Shown: in pieces, positions 56,209 to 64,000 of the stretch
How positions within the stretch are numbered: the stretch's first letter is position 1
How the letters are laid out: every line of letters begins with the position of its first letter
Source: an uncultured Chloroflexia bacterium
GTDB taxonomy: Bacteria > Chloroflexota > Limnocylindria > QHBO01
Direction: 5' to 3'
Length of the DNA: 64,000 nt
NCBI GenBank assembly: GCA_963825525.1
Contig: CAWGTN010000002.1
Location: 1,035,829-1,099,828 of the forward strand
Made by a program: the position numbers and the translations under genes
The notes under the pieces: generated by a model
Told to the model about the DNA's origin: nothing
The model's input: the letters and a program-made list of their open reading frames with translations, nothing else
The model's database searches: none

Positions 56209-57354
56209 TCATGCTGGATCTCCGATTCTCCGATATCGACGCAGCAGCTCGTCGGCCGAAGTCTGCCAGTTGAAGCGCTCGGTGACGGCCTGGCGGCCCC
56301 GGTCCCCCATGGCGCGCGCCGTCGCCGGATCGTCGAGGATGTTCCGCAGGGCGGCCGCCACCGCCGCGGGGTCCTCTGGATTGACCACGACTCCGGCGCC
56401 GCTCCCCTCGACCACGTCGCGAACGTCGGGAAAGTCGCTCGACACCTGAGGAATGCCTGCCGCCATGTACTGGAACAGCTTGTTGGGAAGCGCCAGGCGA
56501 TAGCTCAGTGAGGCGGGCTGAACGATGGACACCCCGACCGTCGCCGAGGCGGCGAACGGAACCACCTCGCCGGACGGGACGGACGGGACGAGATGCGCGC
56601 GATCGGTCAGGGATCGGCGCGCGATCTCGGCCGCGATCTCCTCGGTCGAACCGCCGCCGGCGCCGAGGCAGACCAGGTGTGCCTGCGGCAGCTGCTCCAT
56701 GGCCGCGACGAGCTGCTCCAGGCCGCGGTGCGGCATGATGCCGCCGATGTAGAGCACGATCGGCGCGTCCGGAGGGACGGTCGAAGCTGCGGGCAGCTCG
56801 CGAAGGTCGCGCCGGACGACCGGTGCGGACTCGGTCGGATAGTTCGGGACGATGGCGACGTCGCTCACCCCGTACCGGCGCTCGAGCTCCGGCCCGACGC
56901 CGGGATTGGCGACCATCACGAACGCCGCCCGGGGCACGTAGCGCGCCTCGACCCGGCCGTACCACTGCCGGTTCAGGAAGTCATAGGCCGGCGACCGGCC
57001 GCGTGCCGTGCGCCCGAGCCACAGCTCGTGCGAGTCGTAGACGAACGGGATGCGCATCGCGCTCGCCAGCGGGCCGATGACGGCCAGTGCATCGGCGTCG
57101 TGCGCGTGAAGGATGTCGGGGCGGGTGCGGCGCACTGCCGCCGAGAGACGGCCGTGATGCATGGCGAAGCGCAGGCCCGGAACGCGCGGGCCGCGGCGCG
57201 AGATGCGGTGGACCGACGCTCCGTCGCGCTGCTCCGAGGACGGCAGGTCCGCCCGACCATCGGCGATGATGGTGACCGCGTAGCCGGCATCCATCAGGGT
57301 CCGCGCCTCACGTTCGACGCGCGTGTCGTTGGTGAACGGGTTTCTGACGAGCAT
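56209..57354 (-). CDS. GT4-family glycosyltransferase
   Basis: The N-terminus MLVRNPFTNDTRVEREARTLMDAGYAVTII is followed by a C-terminal GT-B domain carrying the conserved E...E motif. Confidence 0.8.
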   Translation of the reverse strand: MLVRNPFTNDTRVEREARTLMDAGYAVTIIADGRADLPSSEQRDGASVHRISRRGPRVPGLRFAMHHGRLSAAVRRTRPDILHAHDADALAVIGPLASAMRIPFVYDSHELWLGRTARGRSPAYDFLNRQWYGRVEARYVPRAAFVMVANPGVGPELERRYGVSDVAIVPNYPTESAPVVRRDLRELPAASTVPPDAPIVLYIGGIMPHRGLEQLVAAMEQLPQAHLVCLGAGGGSTEEIAAEIARRSLTDRAHLVPSVPSGEVVPFAASATVGVSIVQPASLSYRLALPNKLFQYMAAGIPQVSSDFPDVRDVVEGSGAGVVVNPEDPAAVAAALRNILDDPATARAMGDRGRQAVTERFNWQTSADELLRRYRRIGDPA

Positions 57355-57454
57355 CGTGACCCGGGGGCGGGATGCGGTGCGCGAGGACATCGGCCTAGCC
57401 TAGCCGAGCCGTGGAATCGCGAGCGGCGGCATACTGGCGCCATGAGGAGCCACG

Positions 57455-58367
57455 CGTGAGAGTGCTGGTCACCGGGGCCACCGGCTTCGTCGGCGGGCAC
57501 CTGGTACGGGAGCTGACGGTGGCCGGCCACGAGGTCGTGGCTGCCCCGGCGGCACGTGATCTGGACATCGCCGACGCACCGGCCGTTCGCGCCTTCGTCT
57601 CAGCGGCGCAACCGCAGGTGATCGCCCACCTCGCGGCGGTGGCATCCAGCCAGAGAGCGGCCGGCAACACGGAGCTCGCCGTCCGCACGAACCTCGGCGG
57701 AACGCTGGCGGTGGCACGGGCGATCTCGGCCGTCGATCCTCGGCCCGGGCTCCTCCTCGTCTCCTCGGCGGAGGTCTATGCGACCCCGGCCGACGCCGCC
57801 GTCGCCATCGACGAGAGCTCGCCGACCACGCCGCGCGGCACGTACGGGCTGCTCAAGCTGGCACAGGAGGCAATTGCGCTCGAACGTTCCGCCGAGGACG
57901 GATTCCCGCTCGTGATCGTCCGACCCTTCAACCACGTGGGGCCTGGGCAGCCCCCGATCGCCGCGGTGCCGTCCTTCGCCGCCGGCATCGTCTCCATTCG
58001 TGAGGGCACGGCAGACCGGTTGCGGGTGGGAAACCTGGACGTGGAGCGCGACATCGGAGACGTGCGCGACGTTGCGGCGGCCTATCGGCTCCTCCTGGAG
58101 GGGCTGGTGGAGGGCACCCGGGGCAGGCCGGCGGAAACGTTCAACGTATCGACGGGGACGCCCACCCTGCTGCGATGGGTGGTCGAGGAGCTCGGGCGCC
58201 TGGCCTCCGTCGAGCCGATGGTGGTCGTGGACGAGACGCTCGTCCGAAGCGACGAACCGCGGCGCATCGTCGGGGACGCCACCCGCCTTCGCGACGCCAC
58301 CGGCTGGCAACCACGGTTCGATCCGAGCACCACCCTCGCCGACCTGCTGGCAGCGCTGGGCGGCTGA
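57455..58367 (+). CDS. NAD-dependent epimerase/dehydratase (GDP-6-deoxy-hexose reductase/Rmd-like SDR)
   Basis: The N-terminus VRVLVTGATGFVGGHLVREL has its catalytic Tyr in the TYGLLKLAQE region. GTG start at 57455 with GGAG 7 nt upstream. Confidence 0.8.
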
Positions 58368-58371
58368 GCCG

Positions 58372-59502
58372 GTGCCGAAGCCCCCCGGGCCACTCGAGCT
58401 CGTCTTCATCGCCAACCCGGGTCACATCCTGGTCCAGCGCTGGATCTCGTTCTTCGCGCGGCGGGGCCACCGGGTGACGGTGCTCGAGGGCTTCGGCAAC
58501 GGCGCCGGAGCCGATCCGGGCCACGGGATCCGGGTGATTCGATACGAGGCCAGGAGCAGGGTCCCTCTGCCGTTTGCGTCGATGCTCCACGCACGGCGGA
58601 CGGTCCGACAGCTGCTGCGCGAGATCGGCCCGGACGTGGTCCACGCCCACACCGTGCGTCCCTACGGATGGCAGGCGGGCGTCGCCGGCGTCCATCCCTA
58701 CGTGATATCGACCTGGGGATCGGACGTCCTGCTTCCCCTCCCCGGCCGGCGGGCGCAGTTCTGGCAGCGGCGAACCCTCTCGCGGGCCGATCTCGTCACG
58801 GCCGTATCCCCGCACATGCGGGACGCGGCCATTCGGCACGGCGCTCGGCCGGAGCGCGTGGTCCAGGTTCAGTTCGGCGTGGACACTGCCCGCCATGCCC
58901 CCGCGTCAACGGTTCCGGCGGAAACCACGCGCCTCGGCCTCGATGGACGTCCGTTCGTGTTCTCGCCTCGAGCAATGAAGCCGATCTACAACCACCGCAC
59001 CATCCTGGATGCCTTCGCCCGCCTCACGGGCTCGCCGGTGCTGGTGATGACCGGCCGCAACGCCGATGCGGGCCACGCCGGCGAGCTCGGCGTCCAGATG
59101 GACGAGCTCGGAATTCGCGACCGGGTGCGGATCGTGGACGACGCCAGCGAGGACGAGATGCTGGCCCTCTACCAGTCGGCGGCGGTCGTGGTCTCCGCTC
59201 CGCACAGCGACAGCTTTCCGCTCAGCCTGCTCGAGGCCATGGCCTGCGGCACGCCGGTCGTGGCCGGTGATCTCCCGCCGGTGAGGGCAGTGCTCGACCC
59301 GATCGCGCCCGACCGCGTGGTGGCCACTGGTGACGCATCGGCCATGGCTGCGGTGCTGGAATCGACCCTGGCCCTCGACCGGGACGCGCGCGAGAAGCTG
59401 GGACAGCGCCTGCGATCGGTCGTCATCGACACTGCGGACTACGAGACGAACATGCTGCGCATGGAGGGCCTGTACCGCGACCTGGCGGGCCGGAGCGTCT
59501 AG
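58372..59502 (+). CDS. GT4-family glycosyltransferase
   Basis: GTG start just after the upstream stop. The N-terminus LELVFIANPGHILVQRWISFFARRGHRVTV is followed by the C-terminal GT-B motif FPLSLLEAMACGTPVV. Confidence 0.75.
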   Translation: MPKPPGPLELVFIANPGHILVQRWISFFARRGHRVTVLEGFGNGAGADPGHGIRVIRYEARSRVPLPFASMLHARRTVRQLLREIGPDVVHAHTVRPYGWQAGVAGVHPYVISTWGSDVLLPLPGRRAQFWQRRTLSRADLVTAVSPHMRDAAIRHGARPERVVQVQFGVDTARHAPASTVPAETTRLGLDGRPFVFSPRAMKPIYNHRTILDAFARLTGSPVLVMTGRNADAGHAGELGVQMDELGIRDRVRIVDDASEDEMLALYQSAAVVVSAPHSDSFPLSLLEAMACGTPVVAGDLPPVRAVLDPIAPDRVVATGDASAMAAVLESTLALDRDAREKLGQRLRSVVIDTADYETNMLRMEGLYRDLAGRSV

Positions 59503-60221
59503 CGCTCGGGAAGAAGTCGGGACCGGATCTCCGCGAACTCGACATTGGCGCGGTCGTAGTCCTCCGGCCGGCCGATGTCGAGCCAGAACCCGTCGAAGTC
59601 ATGGCTGAGCGGACCGGCATCGGCCTCGATGAGATCACGCATGAGCCCGTCGAATCCCAGCGGACTGCCGGCCGAATAGCGTTGCAGCGTCGATCGGCTG
59701 ACGGCGTAGACGCCGATGGCAACCGTGTACGGGATCGCCGGCTTCTCTCGGAATCCGACAACGCGTCCGCCCTCCACGTCCAGGACGCCGAACTCGATGC
59801 GCGCCTCGCGCCGTGCGGTCGCCACCGTGATCGGCGCACCGCTGGCGGCGTGCGTGGCGAGCATGGCCGCGTAGTCCATCTCGGTCAGCGTGTCGCCGTT
59901 GAGGACCAGGAAGTGCTCCGGCAATCGATCGGCGACCTGCACCACCGGGCCCATGGTGCCCAGCGGCTCCTGCTCACGCGCATAGTCGATCGCCAGGCCC
60001 CACTGCGATCCGTCGCCGACGTAGGCCTCGATCAGCTCGCCGAAGTGGCCGATCGCGAGCGTCGCGGAGCCGAAGCCCTGGTGCGCCAGCTGACGGATCA
60101 CGATCTCGAGCACCGAGCTCTCGTCGCCGATGGGAACCAGCGGCTTCGGCAGCGTGATGGTGAACGGCCGAAGGCGGGTGCCCTTGCCGCCCGCCAGGAT
60201 GACCGCGTGCGGCGCGGTCAC
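59499..60221 (-). CDS. Sugar-phosphate nucleotidyltransferase (NTP_transferase family)
   Basis: The translation AVILAGGKGTRLRPFTITLPKPLVPIG...VLNGDT has the same fold as RfbA/GalU. Its substrate is unknown. Confidence 0.8.
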   Translation of the reverse strand: MTAPHAVILAGGKGTRLRPFTITLPKPLVPIGDESSVLEIVIRQLAHQGFGSATLAIGHFGELIEAYVGDGSQWGLAIDYAREQEPLGTMGPVVQVADRLPEHFLVLNGDTLTEMDYAAMLATHAASGAPITVATARREARIEFGVLDVEGGRVVGFREKPAIPYTVAIGVYAVSRSTLQRYSAGSPLGFDGLMRDLIEADAGPLSHDFDGFWLDIGRPEDYDRANVEFAEIRSRLLPER

Positions 60222-61207
60222 AGCGTGAACCGATCCGTGCGGTAGCGCGCCAGGTTCTCCGGCCGGGTGAACCAGTCGATGGTGACGTCCAGCCCGGTCT
60301 CAAGCGTGTGGTCGGGCGACCAGCCGGTCAGGGTGCGCAGGCGAGTCGAGTCGCTAACCAGGCGCATCACCTCGGACGCGTCCGGGCGCATCCGCTCCTC
60401 CTGGCGCGCGAGCTTCAACGGCCGCCCCATCCGATCGGCGATGAGCTGCGCGAGGTCGCCGATCGAGATCTCGTTGCCGGTTCCGGCGTTCAGCACCTTG
60501 CCGGCCACCGCCTCGAGCGGCGCGTCGGCCGCGGCCATGAAGGCGCGTGCGGTGTCGCCGGCGAAGGTCAGGTCGCGGGTCGGGGTCAGCGCACCGAGCG
60601 CCACCTCCTCGTGGCCCGCCGCCAGCTGGGTGATGATCGTCGGGATCACCGCGCGGGTCGATTGCCGCGGGCCGTAGGTGTTGAACGGGCGAAGCGTGAC
60701 GACCGGCACTCCGAACGCGGCGTGGTAGCTCTCCGCCAGCTTGTCGGCCGCGACCTTGGTGGCCGAGTACGGCGACTGGGCCTGGATCGGATGGTCCTCG
60801 TCGATCGGGACGCGCAGCGCGGTTCCGTAGACCTCGCTGGTCGAGGTGTGGACCATCCTCGGCGTGCCGAGCTCGCGCACGGCCTCGAGCACGTTCATGG
60901 TTCCACCCGCGTTCGTCTCGAGATACGAGTGCGGCGCGTGATAGGAGTACGGAATGGCGATGAGGGCTGCCAGGTGGTAGACGACATCCGCGTCGCCGAT
61001 GAACTCGCGCGTGGCCCGCGGGTCCCGCACGTCTCCCATGACCACCTCGACCGAGGCAAGCACCTCGGGAGGCAGCGTGTCCAGCCAGCCGTGGGAGTCG
61101 AACGAGTTGTAGAGCACCAGGGCGCGGACCCGAGCGCCGCTCGCAACGAGCGCCTCGACCAGGTGCGAACCGATGAATCCCTCAGCGCCGGTGACCGCTG
61201 CAAGCAC
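60218..61207 (-). CDS. NAD-dependent epimerase/dehydratase (nucleotide-sugar 4,6-dehydratase-like SDR)
   Basis: The translation MLAAVTGAEGFIGSHLVEALVASG...YSATKVAADKL is an SDR. It is translationally coupled to the nucleotidyltransferase. Confidence 0.8.
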   Translation of the reverse strand: MLAAVTGAEGFIGSHLVEALVASGARVRALVLYNSFDSHGWLDTLPPEVLASVEVVMGDVRDPRATREFIGDADVVYHLAALIAIPYSYHAPHSYLETNAGGTMNVLEAVRELGTPRMVHTSTSEVYGTALRVPIDEDHPIQAQSPYSATKVAADKLAESYHAAFGVPVVTLRPFNTYGPRQSTRAVIPTIITQLAAGHEEVALGALTPTRDLTFAGDTARAFMAAADAPLEAVAGKVLNAGTGNEISIGDLAQLIADRMGRPLKLARQEERMRPDASEVMRLVSDSTRLRTLTGWSPDHTLETGLDVTIDWFTRPENLARYRTDRFTL

Positions 61208-61298
61208 GCCGTTTCCTCGTGAGTCGATGGGCTTCGAACGTGCGCCAGTATGGCGGAGGCCGGTCGCTGCACGACGGCCACGGGTACAATCCGCGACC

Positions 61299-62801
61299 GT
61301 GACCGATGGCAGCGTCGACCGGCCAGCTTCGACCGCGTCCGAGGGCGAGCCGCCTCGGCGCCGGCCCCTCCTGCGCCGGCTTCTCGGCGAATCGGCCGTC
61401 TACGGTCTGGGTGGCGTCGCCAACCAGGCGCTCGCCATCATCCTCGTCCCGATCTACGCGCGGCAGCTGGGACTGGAGAACTACGGCATCGTCGCGCTGC
61501 TGACGACGACGCTGTCCCTCTCGACCCTCGTCTCCACCCTCGCCCTGCCACATGCCTTCTTCCGGTCATACCTCAAGGAGTCGGACGATGAGCGGCAGCG
61601 CGCCCACGTCCTGAGAACAACCCTGGGGCTTCGGCTCGTCGTCTCGCTGATTGCGCTCGCGATCCTGCTGGCCCTCGCGTTTCCGGTCGCCGGGCTCCTC
61701 ATCGGCACCGAGGGGGCATGGGTGCTGCTGGCGCTCATCGGTCCGATCGTCTTCTTCGACACCCTGAACCTGGTCCCCCTCTCCTTCCTGCGAGCGGAGC
61801 GCCGCCCGATTCCCTACGCCACGATCGCCTTCAGCCGCGCGGTCATCGGCAGCCTCCTCATCATCCTGTTCGTCGTGGTGCTCGACATGGGCGTGATGGG
61901 GGTTGTCCTGGGGTCGGCACTTTCGGCGACGATCACGGCGACCAGTGGGTTGGTCCTGCTTGCCCGGGACGGAAGGCTGGGCATCGGGTTCGACCGGGCG
62001 CTCGTTCGTCATATGCTGGCCTTCAGCCTTCCACTGGTGCCGGCATCGATCGCCAGCTGGACGCTCAACCTCTCGGACCGGTACCTGATCAGCGCGTTCG
62101 ACGGCGCGGCGGCGGTCGGCACCTACTCCGCCGGATATACCGTCGGACTGGCCATCAACGCCCTCGCCATCTCACCGTTCACGCTTGCCTGGGGAGCGGC
62201 GTACTGGGAGATCGCCCGCCACGATGACGCGCGGGCCGTGATCGGGCGGGTGCTCACGGGGTTCACCGCGCTGGCGTCGTTCGCGGCGCTCGGGCTGGCC
62301 GCGCTGTCGACGGATGTCTTCCGCATCCTGCTCACCCCGGAGTTCGAGCCGGGGCGCTACGTCACCCCCTTCAGCGCCTTCGCCTACGTCTTCTACGGGA
62401 TCTTCACGATCGTCACCACCGGCCTCAATCTCGAGAGCCAGACGCGCCGCCTGCCACTGGTGATGGGCGCGACCGCCGTGGTCAACGTCGTGCTCAACCT
62501 CCTGCTCATCCCCCGTCTTGGCTACCTCGGGGCGGCGATCTCGACCCTGGCGAGCTACGGGATGCTGGCGCTGGTCGCCGGGCGTGTCTCGCAGCGCTAT
62601 TACCCGGTGCCGTGGGAGCTGGCGCGCGTCGCTGCCCTGCTGGGGCTGGCCGGCGTCCTGGCGGCGGCGGCGTTGCTCGGGCCCGACCACGTGGCGTGGC
62701 GACTGGCGTGCATCGCCGCCTACCCGATCCTGGTGTTCATCCTGCGCCTGGTGCCAGCCCAGCTCCTCGATCCGATCACACGCGCACTGCGCCGATCCTG
62801 A
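61299..62801 (+). CDS. Second Wzx-like flippase (polysaccharide biosynthesis protein / MOP family)
   Basis: About 12-14 TM helices are predicted. The pattern ...LAIILVPIYARQLGLENYGIVALLTT... is typical of Wzx/RfbX. The exact start is uncertain (GTG at about 61299). Confidence 0.7.
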   Translation: MTDGSVDRPASTASEGEPPRRRPLLRRLLGESAVYGLGGVANQALAIILVPIYARQLGLENYGIVALLTTTLSLSTLVSTLALPHAFFRSYLKESDDERQRAHVLRTTLGLRLVVSLIALAILLALAFPVAGLLIGTEGAWVLLALIGPIVFFDTLNLVPLSFLRAERRPIPYATIAFSRAVIGSLLIILFVVVLDMGVMGVVLGSALSATITATSGLVLLARDGRLGIGFDRALVRHMLAFSLPLVPASIASWTLNLSDRYLISAFDGAAAVGTYSAGYTVGLAINALAISPFTLAWGAAYWEIARHDDARAVIGRVLTGFTALASFAALGLAALSTDVFRILLTPEFEPGRYVTPFSAFAYVFYGIFTIVTTGLNLESQTRRLPLVMGATAVVNVVLNLLLIPRLGYLGAAISTLASYGMLALVAGRVSQRYYPVPWELARVAALLGLAGVLAAAALLGPDHVAWRLACIAAYPILVFILRLVPAQLLDPITRALRRS

Positions 62802-62805
62802 TCCG

Positions 62806-63723
62806 TCACGGGGTCGGCGGCGCCAGGTCATCCCAGATCCGAGCCATCGCCTCCTGCCAGCGCACGAGGCTGTACCGCTCGGCCGTGTCGGCGACCGCCC
62901 GCGGGTCATAGTCGGGCACGGCCCGCAGCGCCTCCGCGAAGTCGCCGTCGCGCACCAGCGTCCCGTTCGTCCCGTCGACGATGATGTCGCGCAACCCACC
63001 GACATCGCTGGCGACCACCCATCGCCCGCTGGCAAGGGCCTCGACCGCGACGAGGCCGAACGGCTCGGCAACCGACGGCACGAGGACCACGTCGTGATCG
63101 GCCATGAGGACGGGCACCTCCTCGGGGGCCACGTCACGCAACCAGGGACCGACCATGGTGGTCGCCAGCGGGAGGGCGACCTGGTACCCCTTGCGAGGAT
63201 TCTTGCCGCCCAGGTAGAGCACGCGATCGGCGCGCGGTCGTGGCGTGACGGCGAACCGGTCGAGATCGACCCCGGGCGGCTCCACCATCGGCTCGACGCC
63301 CATCCTGCGGATATGGGCCGCCGTGTCCTGCGAATTCGTCACCACGCGCGACGCGCGACGGATGACGAACCGGGTGAGCCAGCGGATGGGCAACGGCCTG
63401 TGCTCCCAGTCGCGCACGTCGCCCCCATGTGAGTACACGACCAGCGGCACCCTCCTCAGTCGCGCAACGGCAAGTCCGACGAGCCCGGTCGGGACGGCCA
63501 TGTGGGCCTCGACCCCGCGGATGGGCCCCGCGACCCGCAGAGCGTTGACGAACAGCAGGGCGTAGAGCAGCGGCCACGGTTCGCGGCCGGTGCGGGGACG
63601 AACGACGACGAGGCCGTCGACCCCGCTCACACGATCACGAACGTAGCTTCCGAGGCTGGGGCGCGCGCGCGACGGCCAGATGCGCGTGAGGACGAGGATG
63701 CGCTCCCCGCCACGATCAGGCAT
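62806..63723 (-). CDS. GT4-family glycosyltransferase
   Basis: The N-terminus MPDRGGERILVLTRIWP is followed by the C-terminal GT-B motif EPFGLVAVEALASGRWVVAS. Confidence 0.75.
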   Translation of the reverse strand: MPDRGGERILVLTRIWPSRARPSLGSYVRDRVSGVDGLVVVRPRTGREPWPLLYALLFVNALRVAGPIRGVEAHMAVPTGLVGLAVARLRRVPLVVYSHGGDVRDWEHRPLPIRWLTRFVIRRASRVVTNSQDTAAHIRRMGVEPMVEPPGVDLDRFAVTPRPRADRVLYLGGKNPRKGYQVALPLATTMVGPWLRDVAPEEVPVLMADHDVVLVPSVAEPFGLVAVEALASGRWVVASDVGGLRDIIVDGTNGTLVRDGDFAEALRAVPDYDPRAVADTAERYSLVRWQEAMARIWDDLAPPTP

Positions 63724-64000
63724 CGGCGCCCACCAGGGCCGAAACGATGTCCGACGCCCGCCCGGACCACGATGCGGCACGTGCCGCACCGCGCGCGTTG
63801 GCCGACCATGCATCGAGCTCCTCGGCCGATGCGGCGGCCAGGCGGCCGATGGCGACGGCAAGCTCGCGGGCGCTGTCGCCGGAGACGATGCCGGCGTCGG
63901 CCGATGTGACGACGCGGGCCTGCTCCTCGCAGTCGGTCACGAGCAGCGGCCGCCCATACGAGAGGTAGTCGAACAGCTTGATCGGCAGCGCCAGGTCGTT
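63716..64000 (-). CDS. Glycosyltransferase-like gene, 3' end only (continues beyond window end)
   Basis: The C-terminal segment ...RVVTSADAGIVSGDSARELAVAIGRLAAASAEELDAWSANARGAARA resembles the tail of GT4 enzymes. The upstream part lies outside the window. Confidence 0.4.
   Translation of the reverse strand, partial: NDLALPIKLFDYLSYGRPLLVTDCEEQARVVTSADAGIVSGDSARELAVAIGRLAAASAEELDAWSANARGAARAASWSGRASDIVSALVGADA

Noticed and set aside
56198-56965. N-terminal 250 aa of ORF 54881..56965, and the plus-strand ORFs 56593..57459 and 55310..56449
   Set aside because: They are read-through or antisense over the GT4 gene 56209..57354 and the dehydrogenase gene. The dehydrogenase starts at the RBS-preceded ATG at 56197.
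58000-58371. 5' extension of ORF 58000..59502
   Set aside because: It lies inside the upstream epimerase gene in another frame. The GT4 gene starts at the GTG at 58372.
1-64000. CRISPR arrays, insertion sequences, integrases, prophage or defence-system genes
   Set aside because: A scan of translations and repeat structure found no transposase, recombinase, Cas or phage-structural signatures. The only short repeats are the promoter-proximal heptamers and hairpins described above.

Overview
This is a high-GC (about 70%) actinobacterial-type chromosomal segment. I saw no rRNA, CRISPR array, transposase or integrase. About 65 protein-coding genes can be supported, plus one tRNA-Pro(CGG).

The first half (0-30 kb) is a mixed neighbourhood. 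It contains a tryptophanase tail and a three-blade W-rich propeller/lectin-like protein. A DUF427 protein is followed by a flavin-binding split-barrel/UbiA-prenyltransferase fusion that is translationally coupled to a second pyridoxamine-5'-phosphate-oxidase-like flavin-binding protein. A secreted ExeM/NucH nuclease and an S8 subtilisin follow. A Fur-family regulator sits divergent to a NiCoT nickel/cobalt transporter, with a Nur-like TTGCAA-N4-TTGCAA box between them. Also present are ArsR-SRPBCC and HxlR regulators, an HtrA-like protease, a DUF2520-panC-panB block, a TreS-like GH13 enzyme, an LLM F420-type oxidoreductase, a class III adenylate cyclase and serA.

The second half (30.6-64 kb) is a roughly 33-kb cell-envelope glycan locus. 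It has a priming polyprenyl-phosphate sugar transferase, two Wzx-like flippases, a Wzy/O-antigen-ligase-like protein and an LCP ligase. It has five GT4 glycosyltransferases, a pseudaminic-acid pathway (PseB, PseC, PseG, PseI, PseF) without a recognisable PseH and with an inserted ATP-grasp/methyltransferase/HAD trio, dTDP-rhamnose genes (rfbA, rfbC, rfbD), two nucleotide-sugar dehydrogenases, several SDR epimerase/dehydratases and an inorganic pyrophosphatase.

Several genes carry apparent 1-bp frameshifts: agmatinase, htrA, a DUF385 gene, the DUF2520 gene, panC, the HAD gene and possibly a lipoprotein gene. They are densest at 19.2-21.7 kb. These are either genuine gene decay or assembly indels. 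Many long ORFs in the six-frame track are antisense or read-through artefacts of high GC content and I did not call them.
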